From Paramoeba atlantica (Eukaryota > Protista > Discosea): DNA of 64,000 nt. The position numbers and the translations under genes were made by a program. Numbering within the stretch: position 1 is the stretch's first letter; the number at the start of each line of letters is the position of its first letter. Below the pieces are notes generated by a model. The model was not told where the DNA came from. It made no database searches and saw only the letters and a list, made by a program, of their open reading frames with translations. Positions 49,401-58,902 of this stretch are shown here, in pieces. Where the stretch lies: NCBI GenBank assembly GCA_977017575.1, contig CDRNVI010000059.1:415113-479112 (forward strand), in the 5' to 3' direction.

Positions 49401-52400
49401 ACAAAGGTCTTCAAAAAAACAAAGGTCTTCAAAAAAACAAAGGTCTTCAAAAAAAGAAAGGTCTTCAAAAAAACAAAGGTCTTCAAAAAAACAAAGGTCT
49501 TCAAAAAAACAAAGGTCTTCAAAAAAACAAAGGTCTTCAAAAAAACAAAGGTCTTCAAAAAAACAAAGGTCTTCAAAAAAACAAAGGTCTTCAAAAAAAC
49601 AAAGGTCTTCAAAAAAACAAAGGTCTTTAAAAAAAATAAAGGTCTTCAAAAAAACAAAGGTCTTCAAAAAAACAAAGGTCTTCAAAAAAAAACAAAGGTC
49701 TTCAAAAAAACAAAGGTCTTCAAAAAAACAAAGGTCTTCAAAAAAACAAAGGTCTTCAAAAAAACAAAGGTCTTCAAAAAAACAAAGGTCTCCAAAAAAA
49801 CAAAGGTCTTCAAAAAAACAAAGGTCTTCAAAAAAACAAAGGCCTTCTAAAAAACAAAGGTCTTCAAAAAAGCAAAGGTCTTTAAAAAAAACAAAGGTCT
49901 TCAAAAAAACAAAGGTCTTCAAAAAAACAAAGGTCTTCAAAAAAAGAAAGGTCTTCAAAAAAACAAAGGTCTTCAAAAAAACAAAGGTCTTCAAAAAAAC
50001 AAAGGTCTTTAAAAAAATCAAAGGTCTTCAAAAAAACAAAGGTCTTCAAAAAAACAAAGGTCTTCAAAAAAAAACAAAGGTCTTCAAAAAAACAAAGGTC
50101 TTCAAAAAAACAAAGGTCTTCAAAAAAACAAAGGTCTTCAAAAAAACAAAGGTCTTCAAAAAAACAAAGGTCTTCAAAAAAACAAAGGTCTTCAAAAAAA
50201 CAAAGGTCTTCAAAAAAACTAAGGTCTTCAAAAAAACAAAGGTCTTCAAAAAAACAAAGGTCTTCAAAAAAACAAAGGTCTTCAAAAAAACAAAGGTCTT
50301 CAAAAAAACAAAGGTCTTCAAAAAAACAAAGGTCTTCAAAAAAACAAAGGTCTTCAAAAAAACAAAGGTTTTCAAAAAAACAAAGGTCTTCAAAAAAACA
50401 AAGGTCTTCAAAAAAACAAAGGTCTTCAAAAAAACAAAGGTCTTCAAAAAAACAAAGGTCTTCAAAAAAACAAAGGTCTTCAAAAAAACAAAGGTCTTCA
50501 AAAAAACAAAGGTCGTCAAAAAACAAAGGTCTTCAAAAAAACAAAGGTCTTCAAAAAAACAAAGGTCTTCAAAAAAACAAAGGTCTTCAAAAAAACAAAG
50601 GTCTTCAAAAAAACAAAGGTCTTTAAAAAAAACAAAGGTCTTCAAAAAAACAAAGGTCTTCAAAAAAACAAAGGTCTTCAAAAAAACAAAGGTCTTCAAA
50701 AAAACAAAGGTCTTCAAAAAAACAAAAATCTTCAAAAAAACAAAGGTCTTCAAAAAAACAAAGGTCTTCAAAAAAACAAAGGTTTTCAAAAAAACAAAGG
50801 TCTTCAAAAAAACAAAGGTCTTCAAAAAAACAAAGGTCTTCAAAAAAACAAAGGTCTTCAAAAAAACAAAGGTCTTCAAAAAAACAAAGGTCTTCAAAAA
50901 AACAAAGGTCTTCAAAAAAACAAAGGTCTTTAAAAAAAACAAAGGTCTTCAAAAAAACAAAGGTCTTCAAAAAAACAAAGGTCTTCAAAAAAACAAAGGT
51001 CTTCAAAAAATCAAAGGTCTTCAAAAAAACAAAGGTCTTCAAAAAAACAAAGGTCTTCAAAAAAACAAAGGTCTTCAAAAAAACAAAGGTCTTTAAAAAA
51101 AACAAAGGTCTTCAAAAAAACAAAGGTCTTCAAAAAAACAAAGGTCTTCAAAAAAACAAAGGTTTTCAAAAAAACAAAGGTCTCCAAAAAACCAAAGTCT
51201 TCTAAAAAACAAAGGTCTTCAAAAAAACAAAGGTCTTCAAAAAAACAAAGGTCTTCAAAAAAACAAAGGTCTTTAAAAAAAACAAAGGTCTTCAAAAAAA
51301 CAAAGGTCTTCAAAAAAACAAAGGTCTTCAAAAAAAAACAAACGTCTTCAAAAAAACAAAGGTCTTCAAAAAAACAAAGGTCTTCAAAAAAACAAAGGTC
51401 TTCAAAAAAACAAAGGTCTTCAAAAAAACAAAGGTCTTCAAAAAAACAAAGGTCTTCAAAAAAACAAAGGTCTTCAAAAAAAGAAAGGTCTTCAAAAAAA
51501 ACAAAGGTCTTCAAAAAAACAAAGGTCTTCAAAAAAACAAAGGTCTTCAAAAAAACAAAGGTCTTCAAAAAAACAAAGGTCTTCAAAAAAACAAAGGTCT
51601 TCAAAAAAACAAAGGTCTTCAAAAAAACAAAGGTTTTCAAAAAAACAAAGGTCTTCAAAAAAACAAAGGTCTTCAAAAAAACAAAGGTCTTCAAAAAAAC
51701 AAAGGTTTTCAAAAAAACAAAGGTCTTCAAAAAAACAAAGGTCTTCAAAAAAACAAAGGTCTTCAAAAAAACAAAGGTCTTCAAAAAAACAAAGGTCTTC
51801 AAAAAAACAAAGGTCTTCAAAAAAACAAAGGTCGTCAAAAAACAAAGGTCTTCAAAAAAACAAAGGTCTTCAAAAAAACAAAGGTCTTCAAAAAAACAAA
51901 GGTCTTCAAAAAAACAAAGGTCTTCAAAAAAACAAAGGTCTTCAAAAAAAAACAAAGGTCTTCAAAAAAACAAAGGTCTTCAAAAAAACAAAGGTCTTCA
52001 AAAAAACAAAGGTCTTCAAAAAAACAAAGGTCTTCAAAAAAACAAAGGTCTTCAAAAAAACAAAGGTCTTCAAAAAAACAAAGGTCTTCAAAAAAACCAA
52101 GGTCTTCAAAAAAAACAAAGGTCTTCAAAAAAACAAAGGTCTTCAAAAAAACAAAGGTCTTCAAAAAAACAAAGGTCTTCAAAAAAACAAAGGTCTTCAA
52201 AAAAACAAAGGTCTTCAAAAAAACAAAGGTCTTCAAAAAAACAAAGGTCTTCAAAAAGACAAAGGTCTTCAAAAAAACAAAGGTCTCCAAAAAAACAAAG
52301 GTCTTCAAAAAAACAAAGGTCTTCAAAAAAACAAAGGCCTTCTAAAAAACAAAGGTCTTCAAAAAAGCAAAGGTCTTTAAAAAAAACAAAGGTCTTCAAA

Positions 52401-55400
52401 AAAACAAAGGTCTTCAAAAAATCAAAGGTCTTCAAAAAAACAAAGGTCTTCAAAAAAACAAAGGTCTTCAAAAAAACAAAGGTCTTCAAAAAAACAAAGG
52501 TCTTCAAAAAAACAAAGGTCTTCAAAAAAACAAAGGTCTTCAAAAAAACAAAGGTCTTTAAAAAAAACAAAGGTCTTCAAAAAAACAAAGGTCTTCAAAA
52601 AAACAAAGGTCTTCAAAAAAAAACAAAGGTCTTCAAAAAAACAAAGGTCTTCAAAAAAACAAAGGTCTTCAAAAAAACAAAGGTCTTCAAAAAAACAAAG
52701 GTCTTCAAAAAAACAAAGGTCTTCAAAAAAACAAAGGTCTTCAAAAAAACAAAGGTCTTCAAAAAAAACAAAGGTCTTCAAAAAAACAAAGGTCTTCAAA
52801 AAAACAAAGGTCTTCAAAAAAACAAAGGTCTTCAAAAAAACAAAGGTCTTCAAAAAAACAAAGGTCTTCAAAAAAACAAAGGTCTTCAAAAAAACAAAGG
52901 TTTTCAAAAAAACAAAGGTCTTCTAAAAAACAAAGGTCTTCAAAAAAACAAAGGTCTTCAAAAAAACAAAGGTCTTCAAAAAAACAAAGGTCTTCAAAAA
53001 AACAAAGGTCTTCAAAAAAACAAAGGTCTTCAAAAAAACAAAGGTCGTCAAAAAACAAAGGTCTTCAAAAAAACAAAGGTCTTCAAAAAAACAAAGGTCT
53101 TCAAAAAAACAAAGGTCTTCAAAAAAACAAAGGTCTTCAAAAAAACAAAGGTCTTTAAAAAAAACAAAGGTCTTCAAAAAAACAAAGGTCTTCAAAAAAA
53201 TAAAGGTCTTCAAAAAAACAAAGGTCTTCAAAAAAACAAAGGTCTTCAAAAAAACAAAGATCTTCAAAAAAACAAAGGTCTTCAAAAAAACAAAGGTCTT
53301 CAAAAAAACAAAGGTTTTCAAAAAAACAAAGGTCTCCAAAAAAACAAAGGTCTTCAAAAAAACAAAGGTCTTCAAAAAAACAAAGGCCTTCTAAAAAACA
53401 AAGGTCTTCAAAAAAGCAAAGGTCTTTAAAAAAAACAAAGGTCTTCAAAAAAACAAAGGTCTTCAAAAAAACAAAGGTCTTCAAAAAAACAAAGGTCTTC
53501 AAAAAAACAAAGGTCTTCAAAAAAAGAAAGGTCTTTAAAAAAAACAAAGGTCTTCAAAAAAACAAAGGTCTTCAAAAAAACAAAGGTCTTCAAAAAAAAA
53601 CAAAGGTCTTCAAAAAAACAAAGGTCTTCAAAAAAACAAAGGTCTTCAAAAAAACAAAGGTCTTCAAAAAAAATAAAGGTCTCCAAAAAAACAAAGGTCT
53701 TCAAAAAAACAAAGGTCTTCAAAAAAACAAAGGTCTTCAAAAAAACAAAGGTCTTCAAAAAAACAAAGGTCTTCAAAAAAACAAAGGTCTTTAAAAAAAA
53801 CAAAGGTCTTCAAAAAAACAAAGGTCTTCAAAAAAACAAAGGTCTTCAAAAAAACAAAGGTCTTCAAAAAAAAACAAAGGTCTTCAAAAAAACAAAGGTC
53901 TTCAAAAAAACAAAGGTCTTCAAAAAAACAAAGGTCTTCAAAAAAACAAAGGTCTTCAAAAAAACAAAGGTCTTCAAAAAAAAACAAAGGTCTTCAAAAA
54001 AACAAAGGTCTTCAAAAAAACAAAGGTCTTCAAAAAAACAAAGGTCTTCAAAAAAACAAAGGTCTTCAAAAAAACAAAGGTCTTCAAAAAAACAAAGGTC
54101 TTCAAAAAAACAAAGGTCTTCAAAAAAACAAAGGTCTTCAAAAAAAACAAAGGTCTTCAAAAAAACAAAGGTCTTCAAAAAAACAAAGGTCTTCAAAAAA
54201 ACAAAGGTCTTCAAAAAAACAAAGGTCTTCAAAAAAACAAAGGTCTTCAAAAAAACAAAGGTCTTCAAAAAAACAAAGGTCTTCAAAAAGACAAAGGTCT
54301 TCAAAAAAACAAAGGTCTCCAAAAAAACAAAGGTCTTCAAAAAAACAAAGGTCTTCAAAAAAACAAAGGCCTTCTAAAAAACAAAGGTCTTCAAAAAAGC
54401 AAAGGTCTTTAAAAAAAACAAAGGTCTTCAAAAAAACAAAGGTCTTCAAAAAATCAAAGGTCTTCAAAAAAACAAAGGTCTTCAAAAAAACAAAGGTCTT
54501 CAAAAAAACAAAGGTCTTCAAAAAAACAAAGGTCTTCAAAAAAACAAAGGTCTTCAAAAAAACAAAGGTCTTCAAAAAAACAAAGGTCTTTAAAAAAAAC
54601 AAAGGTCTTCAAAAAAACAAAGGTCTTCAAAAAAACAAAGGTCTTCAAAAAAAAACAAAGGTCTTCAAAAAAACAAAGGTCTTCAAAAAAACAAAGGTCT
54701 TCAAAAAAACAAAGGTCTTCAAAAAAACAAAGGTCTTCAAAAAAACAAAGGTCTTCAAAAAAACAAAGGTCTTCAAAAAAACAAAGGTCTTCAAAAAAAA
54801 CAAAGGTCTTCAAAAAAACAAAGGTCTTCAAAAAAACAAAGGTCTTCAAAAAAACAAAGGTCTTCAAAAAAACAAAGGTCTTCAAAAAAACAAAGGTCTT
54901 CAAAAAAACAAAGGTCTTCAAAAAAACAAAGGTTTTCAAAAAAACAAAGGTCTTCTAAAAAACAAAGGTCTTCAAAAAAACAAAGGTCTTCAAAAAAACA
55001 AAGGTCTTCAAAAAAACAAAGGTCTTCAAAAAAACAAAGGTCTTCAAAAAAACAAAGGTCTTCAAAAAAACAAAGGTCGTCAAAAAACAAAGGTCTTCAA
55101 AAAAACAAAGGTCTTCAAAAAAACAAAGGTCTTCAAAAAAACAAAGGTCTTCAAAAAAACAAAGGTCTTCAAAAAAACAAAGGTCTTTAAAAAAAACAAA
55201 GGTCTTCAAAAAAACAAAGGTCTTCAAAAAAATAAAGGTCTTCAAAAAAACAAAGGTCTTCAAAAAAACAAAGGTCTTCAAAAAAACAAAGATCTTCAAA
55301 AAAACAAAGGTCTTCAAAAAAACAAAGGTCTTCAAAAAAACAAAGGTTTTCAAAAAAACAAAGGTCTCCAAAAAAACAAAGGTCTTCAAAAAAACAAAGG

Positions 55401-56618
55401 TCTTCAAAAAAACAAAGGCCTTCTAAAAAACAAAGGTCTTCAAAAAAGCAAAGGTCTTTAAAAAAAACAAAGGTCTTCAAAAAAACAAAGGTCTTCAAAA
55501 AAACAAAGGTCTTCAAAAAAACAAAGGTCTTCAAAAAAACAAAGGTCTTCAAAAAAAGAAAGGTCTTTAAAAAAAACAAAGGTCTTCAAAAAAACAAAGG
55601 TCTTCAAAAAAACAAAGGTCTTCAAAAAAAAACAAAGGTCTTCAAAAAAACAAAGGTCTTCAAAAAAACAAAGGTCTTCAAAAAAACAAAGGTCTTCAAA
55701 AAAAATAAAGGTCTTCAAAAAAACAAAGGTCTTCAAAAAAACAAAGGTCTTCAAAAAAAAACAAAGGTCTGCAAAAAAACAAAGGTCTTCAAAAAAACAA
55801 AGGTCTTCAAAAAAACAAAGGTCTTCAAAAAAACAAAGGTCTTCAAAAAAACAAAGGTCTTCAAAAAAACAAAGGTCTTTAAAAAAAACAAAGGTCTTCA
55901 AAAAAACAAAGGTCTTCAAAAAAACAAAGGTCTTCAAAAAAACAAAGGTCTTCAAAAAAACAAAGGTCTTCAAAAAAACAAAGGTCTTCAAAAAAAAACA
56001 AAGGTCTTCAAAAAAACAAAGGTCTTCAAAAAAACAAAGGTCTTCAAAAAAACAAAGGTCTTCAAAAAAACAAAGGTCTTCAAAAAAAGAAAGGTCTTCA
56101 AAAAAAGAAATGTCTTCAAAAAAACAAAGGTCTTCAAAAAAACAAAGGTCTTCAAAAAAACAAAGGTCTTCAAAAAAACAAAGGTCTTCAAAAAGCAAAG
56201 GTCTTCAAAAAAACAAAGGTCTCCAAAAAAACAAAGGTCTTCAAAAAAACAAAGGTCTTCAAAAAAACAAAGGCCTTCAAAAAAACAAAGGTCTTCAAAA
56301 AAACAAAGGTCTTCAAAAAAACAAAGGTCTTCAAAAAAACAAAGGTCTTCAAAAAACAAAGGTCTTCAAAAAAACAAAGGTCTTCAAAAAAACAAAGGTC
56401 TTCAAAAAAACAAAGGTCTTCAAAAAAACAAAGGTCTTCAAAAAAACAAAGGTCTTCAAAAAAGCAAAGGTCTTCAAAAAACAAAGGTCTTCAAAAAAAC
56501 AAAGGTCTTCAAAAAAACAAAGGTCTTCAAAAAAACAAAGGTCTTCAAAAAAACAAAGGTCTTCAAAAAAACAAAGGTCTTCAAAAAAACAAAGGTCTTC
56601 AAAAAAGGAAAGGTCTTC
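28444..56618. repeat. Satellite array, 18-bp monomer CAAAGGTCTTCAAAAAAA, roughly 1560 monomers (length/18), 72% AT
   Basis: Directly visible; A-tract length variants and point variants recur in higher-order blocks. Confidence 0.99.
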
Positions 56619-56917
56619 AATGTCCAGCGTGTTGCCAAAAACAAACGCAAGATATCTAATACTGGGGGGGAACCGGTCAACAAAAGGGGTATATTACTTC
56701 CTACTAGTGCTGGAGTAAAATCGTCCGAAGAGAGTGAGGATCTAACCCTGGAAGCTGATTATGTTGGAAAAGATAAAAGTTATGAACAATTAAGAGTGCT
56801 TCTTGAAAAAGTGGATAATAAGAGGGAAGATTCACCTAGGAGGAAGGTGTCTTTACGAAAAACAAAACAGTAGTTTTATCAGCCGATGTAAATCGGACTT
56901 TTTGGATTGGATTTGAT
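56619..56917 (+). pseudogene. 5'-truncated LINE, right piece (ORF C-terminus, 3' hairpin, TTGGA tail)
   Basis: Open frame NVQRVAKNKRK...RKTKQ*, then CCGAT-GTAA-ATCGG at 56883-56896 and TTTTTGGATTGGATTTG, followed by TSD AGTACTGCA. Confidence 0.75.
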
Positions 56918-57378
56918 AGTACTGCACTGTTGCACAATACACGCTTCCCTCTGCATAACGATAGGGGCTACTGCAAGAAATTTGAAACATCTTTCAAGCA
57001 GTAGCCTTCTACCATACCAAGAAAGGTATGAGAAATGTCGATTAATCATAGTAAACGAAGTGTCAAGGATCAGCAAGTGTTTCCTTCAATCAAAATCAAC
57101 AATAGATTGCAGCAAATCAAAGGCAATGAGCAGCTCCCCTATGGAGGCATCAACATGCTCTTTGTTGGAGTGTTCATCCAATTGGTAAAACCTCTGAACT
57201 CTGAGGGCCAAGAAAAGTTCCGCAATGCAATTGTCATTGTTTGAACAAATATTGAACGACACAAGATTAATGCCGCAATAGAAAGAAATTTTGCCAGACG
57301 TCACAATTGCCCATTGTTCGCATGGGCAGGCGATAACGTCCAAGGTACTCATTGATAGAAAAAACTCATTGATACACA
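56918..57378 (+). pseudogene. Helitron PIF1-like helicase remnant, part 2
   Basis: VLHCCTIHASL, LIIVNEVS (Walker B-like), INNRLQQIKG...PYGGINMLFVGVFIQL. Confidence 0.8.
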
Positions 57379-57709
57379 TTCATCGTCTTGCTACCCCCTT
57401 CCCAGACGGCACTCGACGCCTTGCGGCCCGAGCAAGGCTACCCAACCGTAGCTACCAGGACGGGCGTCCACCCCTTTGCATCGTGTAGGCTGTGTCTCAA
57501 GCCTCCTTTGCGTAAGCAGCTCGCAATTTAGCGGCTGCGCTGGAGTCTGGTTCAGCTCGGCGGTTCCGGGTCAGTCCTCCAGGGGAGCGGGGGGTGTGGG
57601 CCTTGAAGGCACTCCTGATCGCTTTCCCTTGCGAGTTTTGTCGATAGTGGGAATCGAACCCCCAACCTGCAGGTTGTAAGGCCCACCGTCTACCAACTAC
57701 ACTCGCACC
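57379..57709 (-). mobile_element. SINE-B copy lacking its 3' tail
   Basis: Reverse complement of the 16203 copy, including the B-box GGTTCGATTCCC. Confidence 0.85.
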
Positions 57710-57784
57710 GCTTTAATTGTAGGCAATTGGGATTTGCCTACACGTATCACAAAGTACAAGGAATTAACGTGAAGAACGGTGTTT

Positions 57785-58902
57785 GACCATCTTTTTGTTA
57801 AGACCATCTTTTTGTTAATATTTTAACAAAATGACGACGGATGCGTCCGGTGCGGTCGAGGTGCGCGTTGTTCGCAAATGCCTCGATCATTCCACGCTTG
57901 GTCGGGGCTCCCTTTTTCTGCCGCCTATTCCGGTTGAAAATGAGGGTGCAAAACTCCTTCGCAGTGCGTTATCAAGTCTCATGCGCTGGATGCGTAGAGG
58001 TTGCCTTATTGCAGTCGTATGGCGGTATGATGGTTCGAGTAAATACCGACTATGGGAGGGAGATGTTATGGGAAACTTTGAGGATACTGATCGCTTCAGT
58101 GTGAAATATCATCAAAGAGCTGACCTGGTGTTTCCCTTCCCACCCATTTCCGCGAGAGTTATCATATGCGCTGTTCGAATGAGAGCGGCTCCCTCCCGGC
58201 GTAAGAGACGATGGCGTCGCTGCCCTATCTAATCGACGTCGACCGGCGAGCATGTCGATCGCGCTTTGGAGAACCAAAATGGTTCGGCTGTGAAGGAGAA
58301 GTTGTCCATAGCGACCCTGAATGTGACCTCATTAAAATTAGATGGGGGGGATTTGTTTTCTATTCGATCATGTGCCCGATTGAAGGAAATATTGACCTTT
58401 ATGAGTAGCAAGAGCATTCAGGTACTGGGTTTGCAGGAAACGAGGTTCCGTTTTTGATTCTCGTCTCTTTGGTGAGATTCTACGTCAGCAAACGGAGGAC
58501 ATGGACGTTACGTATTACTTATATTTTTCCTCAGCCACGTCCGACCGTTCTTACAACGGAATGGTGCTCGTTAGTACTTTTCCATTGGAAAAGGTGCGGG
58601 TTATCTCAGAACGGATTATGACTGCACAGTTTCCTTGGGAAAACGGGAACTCTACACTATTCAATGTGCACGGTCCCATTAGGGATTCTTCTAGGGAAAT
58701 GAATCTACCTTCGGCGCTTCTTTAAGAAAAGCCGTTCGCGATCTTGACTCCACGAACCCCCAAAGACCTACGATCTTAATGGGAGATTTTAATTCCCCTT
58801 TAACGCTGGTCAACAAAACTGCTGAAGACAAAGCAGCTGTAGCTCGATTTCGCGCCTTACTTGTAGACGTTGGTTGCAAGTCTGCCCACACTCTCTCACC
58901 AA
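57785..58902 (+). pseudogene. Degenerate LINE 5' portion (monomers, N-terminal domain, broken APE)
   Basis: GACCATCTTTTTGTTAA x2, ATG at 57831 (MTTDASG...), IATLNVTSLKL...LQETR, GDFNS; stops and frameshifts. Confidence 0.85.

Larger units (their letters stand above)
24175..56618 (-). mobile_element. Young full-length LINE with its 5' monomer array expanded to 28 kb
   Basis: 3' GAGT-like tail 24175-24200 and hairpin ACTAACTC-CATA-GAGTTAGT at 24201-24220; intact ORF; the array runs to within 15 nt of the ATG; host LINE sequence flanks both sides with a shared AAT. Confidence 0.8.

Noticed and set aside
28347-56718. Dozens of ORFs reading FEDLCF, KTFVFL or KKQRSS
   Set aside because: They are translations of the 18-bp monomer (6 codons, no stop) and shift frame with each A-tract indel; there is no evidence of coding.
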